Source of the DNA: Methanocaldococcus jannaschii DSM 2661
GTDB lineage: Archaea > AGJL01 > Methanococci > Methanococcales > Methanocaldococcaceae
DNA: 32,000 bases
Direction of reading: 5' to 3'
Assembly: GCF_000091665.1 (NCBI RefSeq)
Contig: NC_000909.1
Span: forward strand, 242,871-274,870
Part shown: positions 17,521-26,297 of the stretch, one piece after another
Layout of the letters: each line of letters opens with the position of its first letter
Position numbering within the stretch: position 1 is the first letter of the stretch
The notes under the pieces: generated by a model
Told to the model about the DNA's origin: nothing
Database searches by the model: none
Seen by the model: only the letters and a program-made list of their open reading frames with translations
Position numbers and translations under genes: made by a program

Positions 17521-17583
17521 ATCGCCAATGATGACGATTGGCTTTGCTGAGTCTGTGATGAACCGTATGAGCACTGAGGCGAT
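17521..17583 (+). ncRNA. Box C/D sRNA (2'-O-methylation guide)
   Basis: Terminal stem ATCGCC/GGCGAT. C box ATGATGA at 17528-17534, then a 12-nt guide CGATTGGCTTTG. D' box CTGA at 17547-17550. C' box GTGATGA at 17555-17561, then a 12-nt guide ACCGTATGAGCA. D box CTGA at 17574-17577. This is the canonical archaeal architecture. Confidence 0.9.
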
Positions 17584-17639
17584 TTATAGTTTAAATTGAA
17601 CAAAAATTAGAAAATTAAAATTAAAAATAAAATGAAAAT

Positions 17640-18248
17640 TTATTCCTCAAATAAACTAAATACATATTTTGTCCAATTCATCCACAAATCATTAGCTTTT
17701 CTACTTTTCTCATAAGTTTGCATAATTATATAGTAATTACCAACTTTTCTATAATAGCAGTAACTAATTGATAAATTGGCATTTTTTGGAATGAACTCGT
17801 AATATATGTAGTTGCCAAAAATATCCCTTTCAGGATACTCTTTAACTTCATTATATATGTATGCATAGGAAAGGTCAATTGGCTTTCTGCTGACTACAAA
17901 GGTTATGTTTTTATATTTTTTTATTATTTTATCATCAAAGTCCGTCTCTTCATTATAAGGAAGATTTAAAAACATCTTGTCCATATCAACTGGCTTTGAA
18001 AAATCGTATTTTTTTGTAGTTTTTGTTATATTATTTGTTCTATTTTCATCATTTGTAATATTTAACTTACAGGATTCTTCTTTTAAATTTTCTATTGGTT
18101 TATTGTTTTGGACTTTTATATTTTCTTTTTCAATGACTGTCATATTTGGTTTATTTACTTCCTCTTTTTCATTCTCAAAACATCCACAAATTGAAATAGT
18201 TAAAATTAAAGATAATATAAATAAAACAATTATTGATACTTTTTTCAT
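17640..18248 (-). CDS. Lipoprotein-like secreted protein
   Basis: [27 protein letters not shown] is a signal peptide with a lipobox-like ISICGC. ATG 18248 lies 2 nt after the upstream gene's stop. No family recognised. Confidence 0.55.
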
Positions 18249-18250
18249 AC

Positions 18251-18685
18251 TCAACCCCTTTTTCTTTCTTTATTTTCAATTTTCTCCCTTAAAATTTTTA
18301 AAAGTTCAGCATCTTTTTTAACCACATATTCAATTTGGGGTCTATATTTAAAAAGCCCGGGGGTTTCCCAATTAAATGTCTCTTCCCTTTTACCTTTAAG
18401 ATTTATTTGTATTGAATTTAAAGATACAAAAAACTCTATTACCTCATCCCAACTATAAAACTCATTATCTACTTTTATCCCATTATCTAAAACAACTAAT
18501 TTCTTGGGTTTTAAAAAGATATAGGCAAAAAGTGCAATAATTAATATATCAACAGCTAATATAATAGAAAAAGAAAGCTTAAGACTATGAAGAATAATTG
18601 AAATATATAAAATAACAATAATGCTCATAGAAAATATTACTGCCCCAACAATCTTATAAGCATTATAAACTCTATAAACCCTCAT
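18251..18685 (-). CDS. Membrane protein, two TM helices plus a PH-like (bPH/YdbS-like pattern) cytoplasmic domain
   Basis: ATG 18685 ([11 protein letters not shown]). A TM hairpin is followed by [27 protein letters not shown]. The family call is pattern-based only. Confidence 0.45.
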
Positions 18686-18757
18686 GATACCACACAAAAA
18701 GAAAAAAATATTAGTATATCTATGAGTTATTCCATATTAAAATATTTCTATCGAGTG

Positions 18758-19858
18758 TTATCCTAAAACAGCCCTCTCCAACTCTTCTGGTCTATGTAAC
18801 TCTCCTCCAATTTTATCCACTAAAATAACCTCTTCTGCTTTTTTGCAAACTCTCTCAACCTCATAATATATCTGTCCTAAATTCATCTCTGGAACTACAA
18901 CTTTCTTAGCCTTCAACTTTTTTAATAAATCATCTGGGAATGGATAAACAGTTATCAACCTTATATATCCAACATCCAAACCTTTTTCTCTCAAATTTCT
19001 AACAGCATGTTTTACAGTTCTTGAAGGAGAACCATAACAAACAAATACTATTTCTGCATCTAAGTTCTCTCCTTCCCATTTAATTATCTCATCTTTATTT
19101 TTTCTTATTTTATTCACTATTCTCCTAACTAACTTATCATGAGTTTCTGGTGAAACATCTGGGTAGCCTCTCTCATCATGAGTTAAACCAGTTATATGCA
19201 CATTATAGCCCTCTCCAAATACTGGCATCTCTGGGATTAATTTATCAAAAGGATATGGCTTTTTACATGGCTTTTCTTCTGGCTTTTTTCTATTAATTAT
19301 CTCAATATTATCATGCAAAATTACTTTTTCTCTCATATGCCCAACTATCTCATCAGCCATTACAAAAACAGGAATTCTGTATTTTTCAGCATAGTTAAAA
19401 GCCATTATTGTGAAATCATACATCTCTTGGACAGAGCTTGGAGCTAAGGCAATAACTTCATAATCTCCATGGCTTCCCCATCTACACTGCATCATATCTC
19501 CCTGGGAAGCCATGGTTGGCTGTCCTGTGGAAGGGCCGCCTCTTTGAATATCCACAACTACACAGGGAGTTTCTGTCATGTATGCAAATCCTATATTCTC
19601 CTGCATTAAACTAAATCCAGGGCCTGAAGTAGCTGTCATTGCCTTTAATCCTCCCCAACTTGCTCCAATAACTGCTGCTATACTTCCAATCTCATCTTCC
19701 ATTTGTATATAATATCCTCCAACCTTTGGTAATTCTCTCGCCATTGCCTCGGCTATCTCTGTGGATGGAGTTATTGGATAGCCAGCGAAAAACCTACATC
19801 CAGCTTTTATAGCTCCCTTTGCACATGCCTGATTTCCCTGCATAAACTCAACTTTCAT
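18758..19858 (-). CDS. korA: 2-oxoglutarate:ferredoxin oxidoreductase alpha subunit
   Basis: GNQACAKGAIKAGCRFFAGYPITPSTEI and GGPSTGQPT motifs mark a 2-oxoacid:Fd oxidoreductase alpha subunit. It is distinct from porA in this window. GGAGGGGG SD upstream. Confidence 0.85.
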   Translation of the reverse strand: MKVEFMQGNQACAKGAIKAGCRFFAGYPITPSTEIAEAMARELPKVGGYYIQMEDEIGSIAAVIGASWGGLKAMTATSGPGFSLMQENIGFAYMTETPCVVVDIQRGGPSTGQPTMASQGDMMQCRWGSHGDYEVIALAPSSVQEMYDFTIMAFNYAEKYRIPVFVMADEIVGHMREKVILHDNIEIINRKKPEEKPCKKPYPFDKLIPEMPVFGEGYNVHITGLTHDERGYPDVSPETHDKLVRRIVNKIRKNKDEIIKWEGENLDAEIVFVCYGSPSRTVKHAVRNLREKGLDVGYIRLITVYPFPDDLLKKLKAKKVVVPEMNLGQIYYEVERVCKKAEEVILVDKIGGELHRPEELERAVLG

Positions 19859-19977
19859 TAAACCCCCTCCTTCTAAGCTACTTTTATATAATATAACCTT
19901 GTGTTAATATTTAACGACTATAATATAATAGAGAAGAAAATAACAATTTAAAAAAATAGAAGCATGGGCTAATTTAT

Positions 19978-21753
19978 CTAAAACTCTTTAACTGCTGCCA
20001 TATCTCTTATTTTCTTAATTTCATCGAACTGTGGTTTTTTTATTTTTGGTTCTACCCTAATTGGCTGGACAATATTGGTTAATCTCCCACCTGGAGGAAC
20101 CATTGGCAGAGCTTCAGCAGGGTCTATAACAATATCTAAGAGGTATGGCTCATTACTTAATATTGCTTCTTTCAACTTCTCTTTAATTTCATCTGGGCTT
20201 ATTATTCTATCAGCTTTAACTCCATAACTTTCAGCTAATTTAACAAAGTCAGGACTCTCTCCCAAATGAACTTCACTCTGCCTCTGCCCATAGTATAGGT
20301 TTTGCCATTGATAGACCATTCCCAAAGTTCTGTTGTCAAAAATACAGATAACAACAGGAATATCATATTCGCTAATTGTTGCCAACTCCTGAGAGTTCAT
20401 CAAAAATCCTCCATCTCCAGTAATAGAGATAACATTAGCATAAGGTTTAGCTACCTTTGCCCCAATTGCAGCAGGGAAACCAAAACCCATAGTTCCTAAA
20501 CCACCAGAAGCTAAAAAGCTTCTTGGCATCTTTGTTTTAAAGAAGTGTGCCATCCACATCTGATTTTGTCCAACATCTGTTGTTATAATTGTGTTTTTTA
20601 ATTTTGAGTCAATCTCATTCAAAACTTCCATTAAATCCTTAACAAACCTTTGTGGCTTTATTGGCTTATCATCAAAGTCCATCATTGGGATAGATAATTT
20701 TTTTAATTCATAAATTCTTTCAAGCCATGTTTCTTTGTCTTTAATTTCTAATGCTATTAATGCAGCTAACAAATCTCTCAAAACATTTTTTGCATCTCCA
20801 ACTATTGGAATATCAGCTCTAACATTTTTTCCTATCTCAGCTGGGTCTATATCTATATGAATAATCTTTGCCTCTGGAGCAAAGTATCTGATATCCCCAG
20901 TAACCCTATCTGAAAATCTACATCCAATAGCTATGAGAACATCACACTCCGTAACTGCGTAATTTGCAGCTTTAGTTCCATGCATTCCAACCATTCCTAA
21001 AGCTAAAGGATGGTCTTCTGGGAAACAACCCTTACCCATTAAGGTTGTGCATACTGGAATTTTAACAAACTCAGCTAATCTCAATAACTCTTCTGAAGCT
21101 CCACTAATTATAACTCCTCCACCAGCTAAGATTACAGGTCTCTCAGATTCAGCTATCAATTTAGCAGCTTTCTTTATCTGTAGAGGATGCCCTACAGTTT
21201 TTGGTTTATAACCTGGCAAATCAACCTTTGCAGGAATTGGGTATTTTTCAATATCTATTTCTCCATCTTGCACATCCTTTGGGAGGTCTATATGAACCGG
21301 TCCTGGTCTTCCAGTTGTGGCAATTTCAAAAGCGGCTCTAAACGTCTCTGGAATCTCTTCTGGTTTTTTTATTTGGAAATTGTGTTTTGTTATTGGCATG
21401 AATAATCCAAGAGCGTCAATCTCCTGAAATGCATCGTTTCCAATAAGTTTTGTTGGGACTTGCCCTGTTAAAGCAATAACTGGAGAAGAATCTGCATAAG
21501 CGGTTGCTATCCCAGTAACTAAGTTTGTAGCTCCAGGGCCAGAGGTAGAGACGCAAACCCCAGCCTCTCCACTTGCTCTCGCAAATCCATCTGCTGCATG
21601 TGCTGCTGCCTGTTCATGCCTTGTTAATATATGAACTAAATCGCTATCATACAACGCATCATAAAAAGGAAGCATAGCTCCTCCTGGATAACCAAATATA
21701 ATCTTAACTCCCTCCGCTTCCAATGCTTTTATGATTGCTTCAGCACCTTTCAT
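19978..21753 (-). CDS. ilvB: Acetolactate synthase large subunit (TPP/FAD)
   Basis: 591 aa. N-terminal GAEAIIKALEAEGVKIIFGYPGG and the TPP motif GDGGFLMNSQEL. Confidence 0.92.
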   Translation of the reverse strand: MKGAEAIIKALEAEGVKIIFGYPGGAMLPFYDALYDSDLVHILTRHEQAAAHAADGFARASGEAGVCVSTSGPGATNLVTGIATAYADSSPVIALTGQVPTKLIGNDAFQEIDALGLFMPITKHNFQIKKPEEIPETFRAAFEIATTGRPGPVHIDLPKDVQDGEIDIEKYPIPAKVDLPGYKPKTVGHPLQIKKAAKLIAESERPVILAGGGVIISGASEELLRLAEFVKIPVCTTLMGKGCFPEDHPLALGMVGMHGTKAANYAVTECDVLIAIGCRFSDRVTGDIRYFAPEAKIIHIDIDPAEIGKNVRADIPIVGDAKNVLRDLLAALIALEIKDKETWLERIYELKKLSIPMMDFDDKPIKPQRFVKDLMEVLNEIDSKLKNTIITTDVGQNQMWMAHFFKTKMPRSFLASGGLGTMGFGFPAAIGAKVAKPYANVISITGDGGFLMNSQELATISEYDIPVVICIFDNRTLGMVYQWQNLYYGQRQSEVHLGESPDFVKLAESYGVKADRIISPDEIKEKLKEAILSNEPYLLDIVIDPAEALPMVPPGGRLTNIVQPIRVEPKIKKPQFDEIKKIRDMAAVKEF

Positions 21754-21936
21754 CCAATCACCAAAAAATGTTAAGGGTAAAGTAATGATAAAATTGAAAT
21801 CATATATAAAAATTTTTATACTAAGGATTTAGCATTTGAAGAACTTTAAAAAGTTTGATATAAAAAAGTGTTGGTATTTAATATTTAATTACTAATCTTA
21901 AAGACTAAAAATAAAAAATAGAATTAAAGAAAGAAA

Positions 21937-22410
21937 TTATTCTGACTCAGCTGGCTGGACATCTCTTACTTTTATTGTGAATTTTAATTCTTTTCCAGCA
22001 AGCTCGTGGTTAAAGTCTAAAGTTACAGTATCATCAGTAACTTTTATTATCTTTGCAGGAATTCCACTGGCTAAGATTAACATTCCCTCCTGTGGTTCAA
22101 AGTCAGCATCAGCAAACATTTCCTTAGGTATTTCTTGGATTAATCTCTCATCTCTAAGTCCATAACCTTTTTCAGGAGGAATTGTTACAGTTTTTTCTTC
22201 TCCAACTTCCATGCCTATAACAGCCTCTTCAAAACCTTCGATTAATTCTCCATTACCTACAATAAATCCAATTGGCTCATATTCTCTTTCAGGATAGTAT
22301 ATTTTATTTTCTTTAGCTACTTCTTCAATTGATGTGTCAATAACTTTTCCATCTACTTCTAATATATAATCTACTTTGACATAGTCACCTTTTTTAATCA
22401 AGTTAATCAA
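21937..22410 (-). CDS. FKBP-type peptidyl-prolyl cis-trans isomerase (SlyD-like, with IF insert)
   Basis: [20 protein letters not shown]...[26 protein letters not shown] and [17 protein letters not shown] start at 22410; a second TTG 9 nt downstream is also possible. Confidence 0.88.
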   Translation of the reverse strand: MINLIKKGDYVKVDYILEVDGKVIDTSIEEVAKENKIYYPEREYEPIGFIVGNGELIEGFEEAVIGMEVGEEKTVTIPPEKGYGLRDERLIQEIPKEMFADADFEPQEGMLILASGIPAKIIKVTDDTVTLDFNHELAGKELKFTIKVRDVQPAESE

Positions 22411-22504
22411 CTCCTAACCTTTCCAAATACTTTTTGTGAAGGGTATATAAATAGTTTTTTGTTATTATTTTTTATGGACAAAAGCGTCATATTTGGGGGT
22501 TTTT

Positions 22505-23344
22505 ATGGAGAAGTTAAAAACGTATTTGGAGCTTATTAGAGTCAAAAACTGCATAACTGCATCTATTGGTGGGATTATAGGTTATTTAATATCATCAAAC
22601 TTTGAGATTGATATTTTAAAATCTCTTTTAGTATTTTTTGTTGTATTTTTTGTTTGTGCTTATGGAAATGTAATAAATGATATTTTTGATATTGAGATAG
22701 ATAGAATAAACAAGCCATCCCGTCCTTTACCATCAGGAAAAATTAAATTAAATGAGGCAAAAAAATTTTCAGCCATTCTATTAATTTTGGGATTAGTTCT
22801 CTCATTATTCATAAATATATATGCATTGATTATTGCTGTAATTAATGCACTTTTCCTCTATCTATATGCAAAAAAATACAAAAAATATAAACCAATTGGG
22901 AATTTTATTATTGGTTATTTAACTGGTTCTGTATTTCTATTTGGTGGAGTTGCTGGAAAAAACGTTATGCCAGTAGTTATTTTGTTTTTATGCTCTTTGC
23001 TTTCAATTTGGGGTAGGGAGATTGTTAAGGACTTTGAGGACATGGAAGGGGATAAAAAAGAAGGCGTTATTTCACTACCAATAAAGTATGGTAAAAAATC
23101 TTTATATTTTGCTACATTTTTGGTTGTTTTAGCGGTTATATTAAGCCCTCTTCCATACATTTTAAAAATATTTGGGATATGGTATCTAATTTTGATAGCA
23201 ATATGTGATATTTTGTTTATCTATGCTATGGCTTTATTGTTAAAAGAGCCAAATAAAGAAACTGCTTCAAAGGTTTCAAAATTCTTAAAAATCATAATGA
23301 ACATTGTTCTTTTGGCATTTATTGTTGGAGCCATAAAACTATAG
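22505..23344 (+). CDS. UbiA-family prenyltransferase, digeranylgeranylglyceryl phosphate synthase-like
   Basis: Asp-rich motifs NDIFDIEIDRINKPSRPLPSG and KDFEDMEGDKKEG, with about 8 TM helices. Start set to ATG 22505; the track start is TTG 22493. Confidence 0.85.
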   Translation: MEKLKTYLELIRVKNCITASIGGIIGYLISSNFEIDILKSLLVFFVVFFVCAYGNVINDIFDIEIDRINKPSRPLPSGKIKLNEAKKFSAILLILGLVLSLFINIYALIIAVINALFLYLYAKKYKKYKPIGNFIIGYLTGSVFLFGGVAGKNVMPVVILFLCSLLSIWGREIVKDFEDMEGDKKEGVISLPIKYGKKSLYFATFLVVLAVILSPLPYILKIFGIWYLILIAICDILFIYAMALLLKEPNKETASKVSKFLKIIMNIVLLAFIVGAIKL

Positions 23345-23447
23345 TCACTCATCAAAAGCAAAATATTTTTAACCAATACATAAATATAAAACCCCAAGGG
23401 TTTTATAAATACCCAATGACTTCCAAAATTTTTGATGATTGACTATA
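23340..23447. repeat. 108-bp palindromic (MITE-like) intergenic element
   Basis: 18-bp terminal inverted repeats TATAGTCACTCATCAAAA (23340-23357) and TTTTGATGATTGACTATA (23430-23447), 17 of 18 complementary. Central hairpin TATAAAACCC-CAA-GGGTTTTATA (23385-23407). The left repeat contains the stop codon of the upstream gene. Confidence 0.75.
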
Positions 23448-23501
23448 AAAATATCAAGAGATAATAAAAATAGAAATCAAATATAAAACTTTGGTGAAAG
23501 G

Positions 23502-23888
23502 ATGTTTCCAGGAAAAGTAAATCCAAGGATGTTAAAGAAAATGCAGAAGATGATGAAAGATTTTGGTATGGAAACTGAAGATTTAGATGTCAGAAAGGTA
23601 ATATTTGTATTTGATGATGAGGAATGGGTATTTGAAGAACCAAAAGTTCAAGTTATGGACATATTAGGAGTTAAAACCTACTCAATAACAGGAAAACCAA
23701 AGAAGATTAAAAAAGAAAAAGTAGAAGAGGAAGAAGAAGTTAAGGTTGAGATAACAGAAGAGGATGTTGAGTTGGTAGCTAAGCAGTGCAACGTTTCAAA
23801 GGAAGAAGCAAGAAAGGCATTAGAGGAGTGTAATGGAGACATTGCTGAAGCAATATTAAAATTAGAAGAAGAAAAAGAAGAAAATTAA
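23502..23888 (+). CDS. nac: Nascent polypeptide-associated complex protein (NAC alpha homolog with UBA domain)
   Basis: MFPGKVNPRMLKKMQKMMKDFGM, a NAC domain, and C-terminal EEDVELVAKQCNVSKEEARKALEECNGDIAEAIL (UBA). Confidence 0.88.
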   Translation: MFPGKVNPRMLKKMQKMMKDFGMETEDLDVRKVIFVFDDEEWVFEEPKVQVMDILGVKTYSITGKPKKIKKEKVEEEEEVKVEITEEDVELVAKQCNVSKEEARKALEECNGDIAEAILKLEEEKEEN

Positions 23889-24412
23889 ATTGAAATATAA
23901 ATTCCTCTATCCTGTAGCTTTTTTAAGCATTTTTTGCAATATCTCCAATCCTTTAAATCCACATCGATAATAGAATTTGAAAAACTCATAACACATCTCT
24001 TATTTTCGCAATGTATTAATCCCAAAACATGGCCTATTTCATGTATCGCCTCTTTTAAAGCCCTAATTTTTAAGACATCTTTATTTGGTGGCAACCCATA
24101 AAATTCAGGTCTTAATCTTGCCAGTGATATCAAAGCTCTTTTTCCAAATAACTCTGCCTCTCCAAACACAAAATTTAAATTGTCTGCGTATATATCTACC
24201 TCGGTAACACCTAAAACGATATCTTCAACTGTTGGTAGAGATTTTAAAATTAAGGTTGAATTAAATTGCCCTCTACTAAAATTATAAGCATAAATTGGAA
24301 TATCAATTTTAGGAAGTATTTCACACATTCCAAAAACTTCCCCAAATTTTTTCTTTAAAAATTTTAAAATCTCATCATTAACATCTCCAACTGGTTGGAT
24401 ACAAATTCTCAT
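23885..24412 (-). CDS. amzA: Archaemetzincin (zinc metalloprotease)
   Basis: HEIGHVLGLIHCENKRCVMSF and a C-terminal CKKC. Start set to ATG 24412 after GGTGAT. The stop shares the TTAA at 23885-23888 with the convergent nac stop. Confidence 0.88.
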   Translation of the reverse strand: MRICIQPVGDVNDEILKFLKKKFGEVFGMCEILPKIDIPIYAYNFSRGQFNSTLILKSLPTVEDIVLGVTEVDIYADNLNFVFGEAELFGKRALISLARLRPEFYGLPPNKDVLKIRALKEAIHEIGHVLGLIHCENKRCVMSFSNSIIDVDLKDWRYCKKCLKKLQDRGIYISI

Positions 24413-24467
24413 AATCATCACCAATAAAAAATAGTTAATTATGTATAGGACAACATTATAAATTTAA

Positions 24468-24917
24468 ATGAAAATGTTTCATAAAATTTATTTTGGTGAT
24501 AGTGTGGTAAAGCTAACAGAGGAGATGGTTAAATCCTTAGAAAATGAGATTGTATTTATAGCAACAGCTTCAAAGGATGGAGTTCCAAATGTAGCGGCAA
24601 TGAGGGCAATTAAAGTCTTAGATGCTGAGAAAGGGATTGTTTTAATAGCAGATAACTTCATGAACAAAACCCTAAAAAATATCTTAGAAAATCCAAAAGT
24701 TGCTTTAACTACCGCAAATTGTAAAGACATGCCTTACCAATATAAAGGAACTGCTGAATACTACAAAGAAGGTGAATATTTAAAAATAGCTGAAGAGGTT
24801 GATAAAGCATTAAAACCAGATTTGAAACCAAAAGGAGCTGTTGTCATAAAAATAACTGAAATCTATAACTTAAAATCTGGGCCAGATGCTGGTAAGTTAA
24901 TAGCTAAAGATGAATAA
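24468..24917 (+). CDS. Pyridoxamine 5'-phosphate oxidase-like FMN-binding split-barrel protein
   Basis: VFIATASKDGVPNVAAMRAIKVLD...LIADNFMNKTLKNILENPKVALT fits the PNPOx-like family pattern. The true start may be an internal Met. Confidence 0.65.
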   Translation: MKMFHKIYFGDSVVKLTEEMVKSLENEIVFIATASKDGVPNVAAMRAIKVLDAEKGIVLIADNFMNKTLKNILENPKVALTTANCKDMPYQYKGTAEYYKEGEYLKIAEEVDKALKPDLKPKGAVVIKITEIYNLKSGPDAGKLIAKDE

Positions 24918-25055
24918 ATAACTCCTTAACTATTTTTCATCCTTTATATGGGGTGTAATTTTATATCACATGGAAATAGATAACTTTATATGCCCTCTTT
25001 TATTATTATTCATTGATTATTATTTTTACTCAAATGAGGGAAAATAGGTGAGACC

Positions 25056-25928
25056 ATGGCTGAGTGTGATGGAAAATGTGACACTTGTCCATCAAAAAAT
25101 ACCTGCCCAGATACAAAGAAACTCTTAGCCCAGCAAGATGCAAAAATTAGAGAAAATATGTCAAAAATAAAACATAAAATAGTTATTTTGAGTGGTAAAG
25201 GAGGGGTTGGGAAATCAACAGTAACAGTTAATTTAGCTGCTGCTCTAAATTTAATGGGCAAAAAGGTTGGAGTTTTAGATGCGGATATTCACGGCCCTAA
25301 CATTCCAAAGATGCTTGGGGTTGAGAACACCCAACCTATGGCAGGACCAGCTGGAATATTTCCAATAGTTACAAAAGATGGAATAAAAACCATGTCTATT
25401 GGATATCTATTACCAGATGACAAAACTCCTGTTATTTGGAGGGGGCCAAAGGTTAGCGGAGCTATTAGGCAATTTCTATCAGATGTAGTTTGGGGAGAAC
25501 TTGATTATTTATTAATAGATACTCCTCCAGGGACAGGAGATGAGCAATTAACTATCATGCAATCAATTCCAGATATTGATGGAGCTATAATTGTAACAAC
25601 ACCAGAAGAAGTTTCTGTCTTGGATGTTAAAAAATCCATTATGATGGCTAAAATGCTAAACATCCCAATTATTGGAATTATTGAAAATATGAGCGGGTTT
25701 GTTTGCCCATACTGCAATAAAGTTGTGGATATATTTGGTAGAGGAGGGGGAGAAAAAGCTGCTAAAGAGCTTGGAGTTGAATTTTTAGGTAGAATTCCTT
25801 TAGATATTAAAGCAAGAGAAGCAAGTGATAAAGGAATTCCAATGGTTTTACTTGATTGTAAAGCAAGTGAAGAGTTTAAAAAGATTGTTAAAAGAATTGT
25901 TGAAAAGGTCGAAGGTAAAAAAGAATAA
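25056..25928 (+). CDS. Mrp/NBP35/ApbC-family Fe-S cluster carrier ATPase
   Basis: Deviant Walker A SGKGGVGKST, CPYC motif (FVCPYCNK), and a Cys-rich N-terminus CDGKCDTCPSKNTCP. Confidence 0.9.
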   Translation: MAECDGKCDTCPSKNTCPDTKKLLAQQDAKIRENMSKIKHKIVILSGKGGVGKSTVTVNLAAALNLMGKKVGVLDADIHGPNIPKMLGVENTQPMAGPAGIFPIVTKDGIKTMSIGYLLPDDKTPVIWRGPKVSGAIRQFLSDVVWGELDYLLIDTPPGTGDEQLTIMQSIPDIDGAIIVTTPEEVSVLDVKKSIMMAKMLNIPIIGIIENMSGFVCPYCNKVVDIFGRGGGEKAAKELGVEFLGRIPLDIKAREASDKGIPMVLLDCKASEEFKKIVKRIVEKVEGKKE

Positions 25929-25993
25929 AATTTCTCATTCAATATATTTTAAACATTCTGGGAAGTATTTTTTAATATAGTCTCTATCCGTTT

Positions 25994-26060
25994 CCCGTTT
26001 CCATAGCTTACCATAGCATTTAATAACTTACTATACGAATCGGTAAGCTATGGAAATGGG
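25994..26060. repeat. Long hairpin (19-bp stem) inside a 369-bp gene-free gap
   Basis: CCCGTTTCCATAGCTTACC (25994-26012) pairs with GGTAAGCTATGGAAATGGG (26042-26060). There is one G-U pair if read as plus-strand RNA. The loop is 29 nt. Confidence 0.7.
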
Positions 26061-26297
26061 TTGTCCTCAGCCCATAGCTTCATCGGGAACACCATTCCCT
26101 TCACTATAAGTTCATCAGACTTAGGACTGAACAGATACAGCCCCAAAATCCAAACTTCGTTAATATTTAGTATCAACATTTCGTCTCGAAGGCAAAGCCT
26201 CCTCATTAACATTATGATATAACAATACATATTACTATTTTAATAAAAAAACAATATTTATATTGTGATATTGTTTATTATGATATGCTACTGTAAG

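Noticed and set aside
17506-17574. 23-codon GTG-initiated N-terminal extension of the radical SAM ORF
   Set aside because: It is antisense to a near-perfect C/D sRNA. ATG 17505 has a GGTGAT SD at the proper spacing, so the extension is probably not translated.
23885-23888. Shared TTAA providing both stop codons of the convergent nac and archaemetzincin genes
   Set aside because: The overlap is real, but it is a common compaction feature in small AT-rich genomes, and nothing suggests a regulatory role.
26061-26125. C/D-box-like motifs on the minus strand (CUGAUGA ... CGAUGA - 9 nt - CUGA)
   Set aside because: There is no terminal stem and no D' box at the right distance. One guide would be only 9 nt. 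It does not fit the compact archaeal sRNA architecture seen at 17521-17583.
25990-26130. Possible orphan CRISPR repeat: CCGTTTC...ATGGAAAT resembles the M. jannaschii short repeat as I recall it, and TCAGAC is nearby
   Set aside because: The matching pieces are short and in the wrong order and spacing. There is no repeat-spacer periodicity, and my memory of the repeat is unverified. The match is more likely a coincidence within a palindromic element.
26048-26230. 60-aa minus-strand ORF in the convergent gap
   Set aside because: It runs through the inverted-repeat arms. It has no SD or recognisable promoter, and its sequence is not protein-like. Read-through of its TAG gives more open frame but no recognisable domain.
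25929-26297. SRP RNA or RNase P RNA in the structured gap
   Set aside because: Those RNAs in this organism are strongly GC-rich with conserved motifs I would expect to recognise. This region is only mildly GC-enriched and shows none of them.
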